Below, piece by piece: positions 36,395 through 50,287 of a stretch of DNA of 64,000 nucleotides. A program made the translations under genes and the position numbers. The stretch is from Podarcis muralis. Lineage: Eukaryota. The notes beneath the pieces were generated by a model. It had not been told where the DNA came from. It did not search any database and worked only from the letters and a program-made list of their open reading frames with translations. Position 1 is the stretch's first letter. Every line of letters begins with the position of its first letter. The DNA lies in contig NC_135656.1 of the NCBI RefSeq assembly GCF_964188315.1, positions 3,472,001 through 3,536,000 on the forward strand, read 5' to 3'.

Positions 36395-37118
36395 TTTCCT
36401 AAGAAACCAGAGGCCTTCCTACTGGGCATTGTCGGCCAAATGGTGGCAAAGAAGGATAGAACTTTCTTTATGTATGCGACAACAGCAGCAAGAATACTCA
36501 TTGCAAAGCATTGGAAGACCCAAGATCTACCCACCCTGGAAGAATGGCAGATGCAACTGATAGACTATATGGAATTGGCTGAAATGACTGGCAGAATCCG
36601 AGACCTGGGAAAAGAGACAGTGGAAGAGGACTGGAAAAAGTTTTAAGACTATTTGCAAAAATATTGTAAATTGTATGAATGTTAAGAGGATGCAGGATAG
36701 AAAACAATTTGGCATTAGTAAACTAAGTGGAAAGATATATGAAAATAAGCTAACTTTAAGAATAAGGTTGAAATTATGAATTAGCAGATGAAACTCAAAT
36801 ATCTAAGTATTTGAAAACAAAGTTCAAAATTTGGAGATAAATTTTTTTGGAAAGTATATAACAAGATTTGAAAGAAGGTGAAGTACTACTGAATATAAAT
36901 TTTATAAACGGGAACGCAGGAAAGGGAGATGCGAGGAAGTCCAAAAGGAAGGTTTATGGAACATTGGTTCAATGAAAAGTAATAATGTTGTATTGTATCT
37001 GGTTTGTGTGTGGTTAGTATTCTGTTTTTTCTTTTCTTTTCTCTTTTTTTCCCTTATCTAAGTTGGTGATGGTGTTTTATATGTTTGGTATGGTATTGTT
37101 AAAACCTTTAATAATTTT
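36395..37118 (+). mobile_element. L1 3' fragment, spacer 3-4 (3' junction partly deleted)
   Basis: KKPEAFLLG..YATTAARILIAKHWK; same insertion point as 43091 but the tail and right TSD are lost. Confidence 0.88.
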
Positions 37119-37396
37119 ATTTTCTTCCTAATGTCTCAACAAATGAAAATGATTTGTAAAAGTGTTACATGGGGGGGGGGGGGACATGAGAGAAAGAGAC
37201 ATTGCACACTTTTGTAAATCAACAAAATCTTTAATAAATAAATAAATAAATAAATAAATACTAGTCCTAAAAAAGAGGCCTCCTCACCTGAAGGACCTCA
37301 AAGCCCACCTGAAGTCCCAAAACAAAACTATCAGATCCTGATCCATGGAGATCCATGCGTGTATGGAGCGATCTGCGTGGATCTGCATCTGATAGT

Positions 37397-38389
37397 TTAG
37401 TCTTTACAGTTGAAGGGAATCACATGTATAATCGTATGTTTGGGGACATCAGGTGGGCTTTGATGTCCTTCAGGTGACCTTTGGGGTGTATGGCTTTCCT
37501 CCATCTCCACTGTGCAGGATTCCTCTGGAATGACAAGATCTTCCGCATGAGTCTTCTCCATCTCCACTGCGGAGGATTTCTCTTGAATTACCAGGTCCAG
37601 CAGAGAACCACACTTCGAACAAGTAGTAAGACTCTCGCTTTTCACCCCACTTCCTGGGGTAATCACCACCACCGTTTCTATTTGAGATGTATCTGTTGCG
37701 GTGGTCCTGATGCAACATCTCTCCATCCCAACCAATGCTGCACTCAGCAGCTGGAAACCCGCAGCGATATAGCCTAGATAAATAGAAGGTCCAATATGCT
37801 GCTCGCTGGGAATTTGAGGCAATTCAAAAGCTTCTGGGAAGACAATTTCCCCATTTTGTAAGACAGCAGACATGTTCCATATCACAGAAATCAGGACGAG
37901 TATCCCTGCAGGTAAGTTCAGCAGAGCTCCAAGGCTAAAAAAGGTTAACACAAAATCCTTATGTTTTCTGGGCTTGAACACGTTGTACAAAGCAAATGAA
38001 ATTAATCCGAGGGCCGCTGAATTCATGATGGAAGCTAATGCCATTAAATCTTGGGCAATAAAAATTTCCCTTGGGAGGGTTGGATGTTGCTCATTGAGGT
38101 CTTCGCAATGCCAAAAAGCGTTGCCGTCGTTAGAAGGGTCTTTCCAAAAACAGACCTGCCAGATTCCAATCCAGATGTTCCCAGAGCCGACTCCCTTGAT
38201 GTTTTCCACACGCCACACTCTCCAGTTGGCAATGTCTATTGAGGCAATGCACATCATCCAGGCCAAAATATCCATCAGGAATGCACACAACTGGAGACCG
38301 GAAACTACACTCAGCCATTTGACCACCAGGTCTTTCACCCGCAGGGGGGGTTTGGAGAGGCGGGGAGCAGGGGAGACCTTGGCAGACAT
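37397..38389 (-). CDS. CLDN34: Claudin-34-like protein, copy 4 (~330 aa, two tail repeats fewer)
   Basis: Intact ORF with an in-frame 114-bp loss in the VNTR. Confidence 0.85.
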   Translation of the reverse strand: MSAKVSPAPRLSKPPLRVKDLVVKWLSVVSGLQLCAFLMDILAWMMCIASIDIANWRVWRVENIKGVGSGNIWIGIWQVCFWKDPSNDGNAFWHCEDLNEQHPTLPREIFIAQDLMALASIMNSAALGLISFALYNVFKPRKHKDFVLTFFSLGALLNLPAGILVLISVIWNMSAVLQNGEIVFPEAFELPQIPSEQHIGPSIYLGYIAAGFQLLSAALVGMERCCIRTTATDTSQIETVVVITPGSGVKSESLTTCSKCGSLLDLVIQEKSSAVEMEKTHAEDLVIPEESCTVEMEESHTPQRSPEGHQSPPDVPKHTIIHVIPFNCKD

Positions 38390-39556
38390 CCTGGAAACAA
38401 AAGAGAAGACAAGATGCAGTGAGAGAGGGAATAACAAGCATGTCTAGTCATTGAAGGACATCCTCCCTCCTGCATTCTTCCTTCTATGCACAGAAAGAAG
38501 CAGCAAAAGAAACGAGTTCCCGTGCTCTCTCCCACCCCCTGGTGAGGTATAGACATCTGATCCAGAGAAGCCTACACTCATCGTTTCTTCCAGCACACTG
38601 CTACTGATTTAATCTACTGTTGCATTGTTCCTGGGAAAATGGCCAGAACCTCAGCAACCTGTTGTGGATGGGATGCTGCTCATGATTCACTGCTCTGCTA
38701 TCTGCTACTGCAGCTATCCTTTTCCACTGAGCCTAAACACACCTGATGGCATAGTGAGGAATGTTTAACCCATAAACTTACGTGAAATGCCTTCCTCAGC
38801 TAGAGTCTAGTGTGCCAGGAACAGAGCAGGTCTTTGCTAGGTGCTCCTGAGCCTCAAGAAGACGGAGCTGTTGACCACTGAGCTGACGTTCGCCTGAGCA
38901 GCCAGCCAGCCACAGCAGCAACTGCTCTGCAGAATTCTTAGGTCAGTTACAGGCCAGTTAGAATCCTGACAACAACACAAATCATAACTCCAGGGTACTG
39001 GTCATTTGGAACATCAGGAAAGTGGGAAATGGGAGGGAACTCACTTCCATTCTTTCCCAATGCAGAGTGTCTATTCCAGGACACTGTGCAGTTAAAACAC
39101 GTTCTTCCTGAAGTCAGAATCAGAGCAGTTCCAGCAGTAAAACTGGTGATACAGTATGTGTATCTCAGTACAGATTTGTTTGATGGGCCTGAATGCATTT
39201 CATAAAGGATCTCCATGTACAAGAAAGGCTAATAGCATGAGAATTTCCTTGGCAAAATTATTGAAGACTCCTTACAAACCTATCCTTCTTCTTCCCCATC
39301 CCATCTTGTTTGGACGTTATAGTAAGGGAGAAGATCTTAGCTCTTTTCCTTTGCACTGGGACCACATGGAGTTTGTGCCATGGGACCCCATCACTCACAA
39401 TAATCCAGGCAATACCATTTTCAGAACCTAGGTGTCCATGATTTAAAATCGCTTTCCTAAGACACTTCCGTCAAAATATTTGTGTTGCTTTCTTTCTGTT
39501 CCTTTCTGTGTTGATGCTCCGAATGTGAGCTGCTCAGCTGCATGCAGTTTCCACTG

Positions 39557-39596
<40 letters not shown>

Positions 39597-39886
39597 TTAA
39601 CATTCGGCCAAGCAATGGGCCTAAATCCATGTATTTCACCTGAAATAACTTTGGGAGCCAGCCTTTAAAAATCTAAAGTGATATCAAATTCGGAGGAATT
39701 AAAAGCTGTCATCTTCTTGACTATTTTAAATATCTTAGAACATAGGTAAAGGTAAAGGGACCCCTGACCATTAGGTCTAGTTGTGCAGCAAATGGAGCAT
39801 TAGAGTCATCCATTCATTTCAGGAGGTGTGACCATTGATAAGATGAAGCACTTTCACATCCACGTGGCAATGTGCAGTGCTTTTAA

Positions 39887-40171
39887 AAAGGCAAAGGACC
39901 CCCGACAGTTAAGTCCAGTCGCAAACGACTCTGGGGTTGCACCACTCATCTGGCTTTACTGGCCGAGGGAGCCGACGCTGGTCCACAAAAAACTTTTCTG
40001 GGTCATGTGGCCAGCATGACTAAGCCGCTTCTGGCAAAACCACAGCAGCGCACAGAAACACCATTTACCGTCCCTCTGGAGCGGTACCTATTTATCTACT
40101 TGCACTTTGACGTGGTTTGGAACTGCTAGGTTGGCAGGAGCAGGGACCGAGCAACGGGAGCTCACCCCGTC
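39887..40171 (-). mobile_element. Sauria SINE, unit 4
   Basis: Paralogous to 12011-12295. Confidence 0.8.
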
Positions 40172-41238
40172 AAATACGCAAGTCCAGTTCTGTAGCTGCA
40201 TGACATCCTCCACGCCCAAATGCTCTCCCGTACTGTTTCCCCCACTTAATCAGGATACACCATCTCCATTGAAACCTCTGCTCAGTGACACCCATCCAAG
40301 AGAAAAGTGCTGACCGTCTTCACGCAGATACAGTTCCGCGCAGGGGTCTGGCCGACAAGTTCTTCCCGAGTGTGGGGATGTTTTCAGGGGCTCTTTGCTT
40401 TTCCCTGCCTCCCCTTTCATCCTCACCTGAGGAGATCTTGGCCATTCTCTTGACAGGGACCTCCGTTCTCAGGCTGGATTTCTGTTTTCCTTCATCCCTC
40501 CTTCTCCCGGTCTGGTTCAATGAGCAAATAAGAGAGAGGAGGTCTCATGCAAGTCAAGGTGTGCAATGGATCTTCAGGGCATTTGGAAGGAAGAAAAGGT
40601 TCAGGAACAAGCGACACAGCAGCCCCCCAAGCGTAGAAACACATTTGAACATATCGCTCATGAGATTCGCCCCCCCCCCTTAGGATATAAATGCAGAACA
40701 TCCTGCGCTCCTATTAAAATACAAAGTGGGGTATTTCATATGATAAGCACAGAGGAAGCTGCCTTATACGGAGCCAGACCAATTTTGAGAAAGTGCTACA
40801 TGGGCCACTCCACCAATTGGCTACCAATGAGAACATAGCAAAACACAAAATGGCTGCCATATGGTGTGGTATGAAATAAATTTGCCTGGCTGTGGGGCGT
40901 GAAGGCCGCACCCTGCAAGACCCTTCCCACGTGGCTTAGGCCCAGACTTGCTAGCCCCACAAAAGAGGCTCCTCATGAGGCCAGAGGAACATGGCCTGGC
41001 TGTGGGGCATGATTCGAAACCTCCAGTCCCAGTCCAGTGCTCTAACCACTAAACCACACTGCCCCCCATTGCAGTCTATAATAGCCTGGAGGGCCACAGA
41101 TGCCCCATATTCTCTGGCTCTGAGATTGCCCAAAGTTTCCTTTCTCTCCCTGGTTGTGCACAAAGAAAAATGCCCATGACAAAATGTGACCTTTTTGGTT
41201 CTTTGGAGACAGTTCTGCTTCCCTCTCCCTCTCTCTCC

Positions 41239-41288
<50 letters not shown>

Positions 41289-43090
41289 ATTTAAAGGAGC
41301 CTCATCCCTTTTCCCACCCAACTTCCTCCTGCACACAGCTTCAAAATTTCCATGAAGAACTAACTAAATAACCAACCCATAATTGGAATTTATGAGATTA
41401 AGGAGATAAATTATTTTTATATAATGAAAATAGATGGGAGGATAAGTTAATTGCGCAAGGCGAGAATATATAGGATGGCAAAAAATTAAAACAAATATTA
41501 TGATTTGGTTTCTTAAAATAACACCAACACATGCCTCCTCAGTGGATTTCAGAACAAATGTCTGTCTCTTTTTTTAAATTACGCAAACACTGTAATGCAA
41601 GGAGTTGTAGTAGTGACAATGCAGTGAGATTCTACTCAGAGAAAGCCTATTGGAATGAATGGGTTTGAATTAGTTGTGTCCTTTAGTTTTTGCTTTTTAT
41701 CTGGATAATACCTAATTAGGGGTAGGGATTGCTTTGCTTTCTTTCTGTTCTTGTTTTTATTAAGTATTTTGTTGGGTTGTTTTTGTCGTTGTTGAAATTC
41801 CACAAATTGCACATCAGGATTCGTTACATAGTAAGTCCCCCCCCCCTTTTCTATTATCTGCTTCCCATCCCACTTCCTAGGATGTTTTTTTCTTTTCCAC
41901 CCTTAGCTGCAACTTATCTTCCCTCTTTTATATCAGAACTCTAATGCTCTATTGGAATTAAAAGATGGGCGGGGTCTAACTAAACTATTATTGTTGTCTT
42001 ATTTATTTATTTGTGTTTTTATCTTGTATAAAAAATAAAACCCCCCAAAACCCAAAGTTGAAGCAAGAAGGCATCTTCAAATGTTAAATAAACGCAAGCA
42101 GTGAATTGTCAGGACTTGGAAGCCCCCCTGGTGATGAATTCACTCTTTTCACCCACCCACCCCCCTTTCAAAAATGTGCATGGAATGAAAGAGCTGGCAT
42201 TCAATTCTATTCTTTTAAAAGCATATTTTCTATTATCATTGGGTCCATTCGGACAAATATTGGGTCCTTTCTCTCACTTTTGACCCTTCTTGATTCCCTC
42301 ATTTCTGGGGGTTGGACTAGATGACCCATGGGGTCCCTTCCAACTCTTCCCGTTCTACGATTCTCTCGCCTACAATTCCGACACCCACTTCATGTTGTAC
42401 CAATCATACCAGCAGATAAACCACATTTTCTTCAGTTGATGGTATTTTTTTAGGGGGTAGAAAGGAGTGTGGCTTTGTTTGGGAGGTTTTTGTTAGGAAA
42501 TCCTGACATCCAGTGGATGGGGAACGCATGACAGCTGACGTTACACGCCCAACATCCACTTAAAAGCCATATGGTGCCTTGAAACGCTTCCCCCAAAAGG
42601 ATTCTGGGAGTTGTAGTGCTGAGAGCCGTTTGGAGACCCCCCCTATTCCCCTCCCAGAACTACCATTCCCAGAGTTCCCTGGGAAGTTGTGGGCATCTCT
42701 TTTGAGAGGCAATGGAGTGCGCCTCCGGGGGTGAAATCAAAGCTTTTCAGCAGCCGCTAGAAGGAAAAACGAAGGAGACGCCTGCGAGAAGCCAAGTCAC
42801 AGGGAACCAGGCAGAGGCCTTCTTGGTGGTGGCGCCTTCTTCATGGTGATCCACTACTGCTTTAAGGGAGGTCTTGGAATAAGTAGATTTGTTGCTGATC
42901 CAAAACACCCACCCACCCCACTCACACATGAAAACAAAGACCACCACAGCCAACTACAAAGGAATAACCACACCCTGGGCCAACCCCAACCTCTCTCACC
43001 ACCAAAGGAACACAAGCAAACAGCAAAGAACCTGCACAAACAACGCTGACACCAAACCCTACATATAGCAAGTAAAATAGAAAAATCGCC

Positions 43091-43833
43091 TTTCCTAAGA
43101 AACCAGAGGCCTTCCTACTGGGCATTGTCGGCCAAATGGTGGCAAAGAAGGATAGAACTTTCTTTATGTATGCGACAACAGCAGCAAGGATACTCATTGC
43201 AAAGCATTGGAAGACCCAAGATCTACCCACCCTGGAAGAATGGCAGATGCAACTGATAGACTATATGGAATTGGCTGAAATGACTGGCAGAATCCGAGAC
43301 CTGGGAAAAGAGACAGTGGAAGAGGACTGGAAAAAGTTTTAAGACTATTTGCAAAAATATTGTAAATTGTATGAATGTTAAGAGGATGCAGGATAGAAAA
43401 CAATTTGGCATTAGTAAACTAAGTGGAAAGATATATGAAAATAAGCTAACTTTAAGAATAAGGTTGAAATTATGAATTAGCAGATGAAACTCAAATATCT
43501 AAGTATTTGAAAACAAAGTTCAAAATTTGGAGATAAATTTTTTTGGAAAGTATATAACAAGATTTGAAAGAAGGTGAAGTACTACTGAATATAAATTTTA
43601 TAAACGGGAACGCAGGAAAGGGAGATGCGAGGAAGTCCAAAAGGAAGGTTTATGGAACATTGGTTCAATGAAAAGTAATAATGTTGTATTGTATCTGGTT
43701 TGTGTGTGGTTAGTATTCTGTTTTTTCTTTTCTTTTCTCTTTTTTTCCCTTATCTAAGTTGGTGATGGTGTTTTATATGTTTGGTATGGTATTGTTAAAA
43801 CCTTTAATAATTTTTTTTATAAAAAAAAATAAA
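43091..43833 (+). mobile_element. L1 3' fragment, spacer 4-5
   Basis: A-rich tail and 18-bp TSD taaaatagaaaaatcgcc at 43073-43090 and 43834-43851. Confidence 0.92.
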
Positions 43834-44165
43834 TAAAATAGAAAAATCGCCACCCCACCCCACCCCCACCCATCTCTTTCCCCTTTTCTTCCTAATGTCT
43901 CAACAAATGAAAATGATTTGTAAAAGTGTTACATGGGGGGGGGGGGGGACATGAGAGAAAGAGACATTGCACACTTTTGTAAATCAACAAAATCTTTAAT
44001 TAATAAATAAATAAATAAATAAATAAATACTAGTCCTAAAAAAGAGGCCTCCTCACCTGAAGGACCTCAAAGCCCACCTGAAGTCCCAAAACAAAACTAT
44101 CAGATCCTGATCCATGGAGATCCATGCGTGTATGGAGCGATCTGCGTGGATCTGCATCTGATAGT

Positions 44166-45272
44166 TTAGTCTTTACAGTTGAAGGGAATCACATGTATAA
44201 TCGTATGTTTGGGGACATCAGGTGGGCTTTGATGTCCTTCAGGTGACCTTTGGGGTGTATGGCTTTCCTCCCTCTCCACTGTGCAGGATTCCTCTGGAAT
44301 GACAAGATCACTTGCACAGCTTTCCTCCATCTCCACTGCGCAGGATTCCTCTGGAATGACAAGATCACTTGCACAGCTTTCCTCCATCTCAACTGCGCAG
44401 GATTCCTCTGGAATGACAAGATCTTCCGCATGAGTCTTCTCCATCTCCACTGCGGAGGATTTCTCTTGAATTACCAGGTCCAGCAGAGAACCACACTTCG
44501 AACAAGTAGTAAGACTCTCGCTTTTCACCCCACTTCCTGGGGTAATCACCACCACCGTTTCTATTTGAGATGTATCTGTTGCGGTGGTCCTGATGCAACA
44601 TCTCTCCATCCCAACCAATGCTGCACTCAGCAGCTGGAAACCCGCAGCGATATAGCCTAGATAAATAGAAGGTCCAATATGCTGCTCGCTGGGAATTTGA
44701 GGCAATTCAAAAGCTTCTGGGAAGACAATTTCCCCATTTTGTAAGACAGCAGACATGTTCCATATCACAGAAATCAGGACGAGTATCCCTGCAGGTAAGT
44801 TCAGCAGAGCTCCAAGGCTAAAAAAGGTTAACACAAAATCCTTATGTTTTCTGGGCTTGAACACATTGTACAAAGCAAATGAAATTAATCCGAGGGCCGC
44901 TGAATTCATGATGGAAGCTAATGCCATTAAATCTTGGGCAATAAAAATTTCCCTTGGGAGGGTTGGATGTTGCTCATTGAGGTCTTCGCAATGCCAAAAA
45001 GCGTTGCCGTCGTTAGAAGGGTCTTTCCAAAAACAGACCTGCCAGATTCCAATCCAGATGTTCCCAGAGCCGATTCCCTTGATGTTTTCCACACGCCACA
45101 CTCTCCAGTTGGCAATGGCTATTGAGGCAATGCACATCATCCAGGCCAAAATATCCATCAGGAATGCACACAACTGGAGACTGGAAACTACACTCAGCCA
45201 TTTGACCACCAGGTCTTTCACCCGCAGGGGGGGTTTGGAGAGGCGGGGAGCAGGGGAGACCTTGGCAGACAT
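44166..45272 (-). CDS. CLDN34: Claudin-34-like protein, copy 5
   Basis: Intact ORF. Confidence 0.85.
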   Translation of the reverse strand: MSAKVSPAPRLSKPPLRVKDLVVKWLSVVSSLQLCAFLMDILAWMMCIASIAIANWRVWRVENIKGIGSGNIWIGIWQVCFWKDPSNDGNAFWHCEDLNEQHPTLPREIFIAQDLMALASIMNSAALGLISFALYNVFKPRKHKDFVLTFFSLGALLNLPAGILVLISVIWNMSAVLQNGEIVFPEAFELPQIPSEQHIGPSIYLGYIAAGFQLLSAALVGMERCCIRTTATDTSQIETVVVITPGSGVKSESLTTCSKCGSLLDLVIQEKSSAVEMEKTHAEDLVIPEESCAVEMEESCASDLVIPEESCAVEMEESCASDLVIPEESCTVEREESHTPQRSPEGHQSPPDVPKHTIIHVIPFNCKD

Positions 45273-46434
45273 CCTGGAAACAAAAGAGAAGACAAGATGC
45301 AGTGAGAGAGGGAATAACAAGCATGTCTAGTCATTGAAGGACATCCTCCCTCCTGCATTCTTCCTTCTATGCACAGAAAGAAGCAGCAAAAGAGTTCCCC
45401 TGCTCTCTCCCACCCCCTGGTGAGGTATAGACATCTGATCCAGAGAAGCCGACACTCATCGTTTCTTCCAGCACACTGCTACTGATTTAATCCACTGTTG
45501 CATTGTTCCTGGGAAAATGGCCAGAACCTCAGCAACCTGTTGTGGATGGGAAGCTGCTCATGATTCACTGCTCTGCTATCTGCTACTGCAGCTATCCTTT
45601 TCCACTGAGCCTAAACACACCTGATGGCATAGTGAGGAATGTTTAACCCATAAACTTACGTGAAATGCCTTCCTCAGCTAGAGTCTAGTGTGCCAGGAAC
45701 AGAGCAGGTCTTTGCTAGGTGCTCCTGAGCCTCAAGAAGACGGAGCTGTTGACCACTGAGCTGACGTTCGCCTGAGCAGCCAGCCAGCCACAGCAGCAAC
45801 TGCTCTGCAGAATTCTTAGGTCAGTTACAGGCCAGTTAGAATCCTGACAACAACACAAATCATAACTCCAGGGTACTGGTCATTTGGAACATCAGGAAAG
45901 TGGGAAATGGGAGGGAACTCACTTCCATTCTTTCCCAATGCAGAGTGTCTATTCCAGGACACTGTGCAGTTAAAACACGTTCTTCCTGAAGTCAGAATCA
46001 GAGCAGTTCCAGCAGTAAAACTGGTGATACAGTATGTGTATCTCAGTACAGATTTGTTTGATGGGCCTGAATGCATTTCATAAAGGATCTCCATGTACAA
46101 GAAAGGCTAATAGCATGAGAATTTCCTTGGCAAAATTATTGAAGACTCCTTACAAACCTATCCTTCTTCTTCCCCATCCCATCTTGTTTGGACGTTATAG
46201 TAAGGGAGAAGATCTTAGCTCTTTTCCTTTGCACTGGGACCACATGGAGTTTGTGCCATGGGACCCCATCACTCACAATAATCCAGGCAATACCATTTTC
46301 AGAACCTAGGTGTCCATGATTTAAAATCGCTTTCCTAAGACACTTCCGTCAAAATATTTGTGTTGCTTTCTTTCTGTTCCTTTCTGTGTTGATGCTCCGA
46401 ATGTGAGCTGCTCAGCTGCATGCAGTTTCCACTG

Positions 46435-46474
<40 letters not shown>

Positions 46475-46764
46475 TTAACATTCGGCCAAGCAATGGGCCT
46501 AAATCCATGTATTTCACCTGAAATAACTTTGGGAGCCAGCCTTTAAAAATCTAAAGTGATATCAAATTCGGAGGAATTAAAAGCTGTCATCTTCTTGACT
46601 ATTTTAAATATCTTAGAACATAGGTAAAGGTAAAGGGACCCCTGACCATTAGGTCTAGTTGTGCAGCAAATAGAGCATTAGAGTCATCCATTCATTTCAG
46701 GAGTTGTGACCATTGATAAGATGAAGCACTTTCACATCCACGTGGCAATGTGCAGTGCTTTTAA

Positions 46765-47049
46765 AAAGGTAAAGGACCCCCGACAGTTAAGTCCAGTCGC
46801 AAACGACTCTGGGGTTGCACCACTCATCTGGCTTTACTGGCCGAGGGAGCCGACGCTGGTCCACAGAAAACTTTTCTGGGTCATGTGGCCAGCATGACTA
46901 AGCCGCTTCTGGCAAAACCACAGCAGCGCACAGAAACACCATTTACCGTCCCTCCGGAGCGGTACCTATTTATCTACTTGCACTTTGACGTGGTTTGGAA
47001 CTGCTAGGTTGGCAGGAGCAGGGACCGAGCAACGGGAGCTCACCCCGTC
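46765..47049 (-). mobile_element. Sauria SINE, unit 5
   Basis: Paralogous to 12011-12295. Confidence 0.8.
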
Positions 47050-48089
47050 AAATACGCAAGTCCAGTTCTGTAGCTGCATGACATCCTCCACGCCCAAATG
47101 CTCTCCCGTTCTGTTTCCCCCACTTAATCAGGATACACCATCTCCATTGAAAACTCTGCTCAGTGACACCCATCCAAGAGAAAAGTGCTGACCGTCTTCA
47201 CGCAGATACAGTTCCGCGCAGGGGTTTGGCCGACAAGTTCTTCCCGAGTGTGGGGATGTTTTCAGGGGCTCTTTGCTTTTCCCTGCCTCCCCTTTCATCC
47301 TCACCTGAGGAGATCTTGGCCATTCTCTTGACAGGGACCTCCGTTCTCAGGCTGGATTTCTGTTTTCCTTCATCCCTCCTTCTCCCGGTCTGGTTCAATG
47401 AGCAAATAAGAGAGAGGAGGTCTCATGCAAGTCAAGGTGTGCAATGGATCTTCAGGGCATTTGGAAGGAAGAAAAGGTTCAGGAACAAGCGACACAGCAG
47501 CCCCCCAAGCGTAGAAACACATTTGAACATATCGCTCATGAGATTCGCCCCACCCCCTTAGGATATAAATGCAGAACATCCTGCGCTCCTATTAAAATAC
47601 AAAGTGGGGTATTTCATATGATAAGCACAGAGGAAGCTGCCTTATACGGAGCCAGACCAATTTTGAGAAAGTGCTACATGGGCTACTCCACCAATTGGCT
47701 ATCAATGAGAACATAGCAAAACACAAAATGGCTGGCATATGGTGTGGTATGAAATAAATTTGCCTGGCTGTGGGGCGTGAAGGCCGCACCCTGCAAGACC
47801 CTTCCCACGTGGCTTAGGCCCAGACTTGCTAGCCCCACAAAAGAGGCTCCTCATGAGGCCAGAGGAACATGGCCTGGCTGTGGGGCATGATTCGAAACCT
47901 CCAGTCCCAGTCCAGTGCTCTAACCACTAAACCACACTGCCCCCCATTGCAGTCTATAATAGCCTGGAGGGCCACAGATGCCCCATATTCTCTGGCTCTG
48001 AGATTGCCCAAAGTTTCCTTTCTCTCCCTGGTTGTGCACAAAGAAAAATGCCCATGACAAAATGTGACCTTTTTGGTTCTTTGGAGACA

Positions 48090-48225
48090 NNNNNNNNNNN
48101 NNNNNNNNNNNNNNNNNNNNNNNNNNNNNNNNNNNNNNNNNNNNNNNNNNNNNNNNNNNNNNNNNNNNNNNNNNNNNNNNNNNNNNNNNNNNNNNNNNNN
48201 NNNNNNNNNNNNNNNNNNNNNNNNN
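48090..48225. other. Assembly gap (136 N)
   Basis: N run at the position of the (CT)n microsatellite. Confidence 0.99.
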
Positions 48226-50287
48226 CCCTTTTCCCACCCAACTTCCTCCTGCACACAGCTTCAAAATTTCCATGAAGAACTAACTAAATAACCAACCAAC
48301 CCATAATTGGAATTTATGAGATTAAGGAGATAAATTATTTTTATATAATGAAAATAGATGGGAGGATAAGTTAATTGCGCAAGGCGAGAATATATAGGAT
48401 GGCAAAAAATTAAAACAAATATTATGATTTGGTTTCTTAAAATAACACCAACACATGCCTCCTCAGTGGATTTCAGAACAAATGTCTGTCTCTTTTTTTA
48501 AATTACGCAAACACTGTAATGCAAGGAGTTGTAGTAGTGACAATGCAGTGAGATTCTACTCAGAGAAAGCCTATTGGAATGAATGGGTTTGAATTAGTTG
48601 TGTCCTTTAGTTTTTGCTTTTAATCTGGATAATACCTAATTAGGGGTAGGGATTGCTTTGCTTTGCTTTCTTTCTGTTCTTGTTTTTATTAAGTATTTTG
48701 TTGGGTTGTTTTTGTCGTTGTTGAAATTCCACAAATTGCACATCAGGATTCGTTACATAGTAAGTCCCCCCCCCTTTCTATTATCTGCTTCCCATCCCAC
48801 TTCCTAGGATGTTTTCTTCTTTTCCACCCTTAGCTGCAACGTATCTTCCCTCTTTTATATCAGAACTCTAATGCTCTATTAGAATTAAAAGAGGGGGGAA
48901 CCAAGCCAGATGGGCGGGGTCTAACTAAACTATTATTGTTGTCTTTTTATTTATTTGTGTTTTTATCTTGTATAAAAAATAAAAACCCCCAAAACCCAAA
49001 GTTGAAGCAAGAAGGCATCTTCAAATGTTAAATAAACGCAAGCAGTGAATTGCCAGGACTTGGTTGCCCCTGGTGATGAATTCACTCTTTCCACCCACCC
49101 ACCCCCCTTTCAAAAATGTGCATGGAATGAAAGAGCTGGCATTCAATTCTATTCTTTTAAAAGCATATTTTCTGTTATCATTGGGTCCATTCGGACAAAT
49201 ATTGGGTCCTTTCTCTCACTTTTGACCCTTCTTGATTCCCTCATTTCTGGGGGTTGGACTAGATGACCCATGGGGTCCCTTCCAACTCTTCCCGTTCTAC
49301 GATTCTCTCGCCTACAATTCCGACACCCACTTCATGTTGTACCAATCATACCAGCAGATAAACCACATTTTCTTCAGTTGATGGTATTTTTTTAGGGGGT
49401 AGAAAGGAGTGTGGCTTTGTTTGGGAGGTTTTTGTTAGGAAATCCTGACATCCAGTGGATGTCATATGGTGCCTTGAAACGCTTCCCCCAAAAGGATTCT
49501 GGGAGCTGTAGTGCTGAGAGCCGTTTGGAGACCCCCCCCTATTCCCCTCCCAGAACTACCATTCCCAGAGTTCCCTGGGAAGTTGTGGGCATCTCTTTTG
49601 AGAGGCAATGGAGTGCGCCTCCGGGGGTGAAATCAAAGCTTTTCAGCAGCCGCTAGAAGGAAAAACGAAGGAGACGCCTGCGAGAAGCCAAGTCACAGGG
49701 AACCAGGCAGAGGCCTTCTCGGTGGTGGCGCCTTCTTCATGGTGATCCACTACTGCTTTAAGGGAGGTCTTGGAATAAGTAGATTTGTTGCTGATCCAAA
49801 ACACCCACCCACCCACCCCACTCACACATGAAAACAAAGACCACCACAGCCAACTACAAAGGAATAACCACACCCTAGGCCAACCCCAACCTCTCTCACC
49901 ACCAAAGGAACACAAGCAAACAGCAAAGAACCTGCACAAACAACGCTGACACCAAACCCTACATATAGGAAGTAAAATAGAAAAATCGCCACCCCACCCC
50001 ACCCCCACCCACCTCTTTCCCCCTTTCTTCCTAATTTCTTAACAAATGAAAATGATTTGTAAAAGTGTTACATGGGGGGGGGGGGCATGATAGAGAGACA
50101 TTGCACACTTTTGTAAATCAACAAAATCTTTAATAAATAAATAAATAAATACTAGTCCTAAAAAAGAGGCCTCCTCACCTGAAGGACCTCAAAGCCCAAC
50201 TGAAGTCCCAAAACAAAACTATCAGATCCTGATCCATGGAGATCCATGCGTGTATGGAGCGATCTGCGTGGATCTGCATCTGATAGT

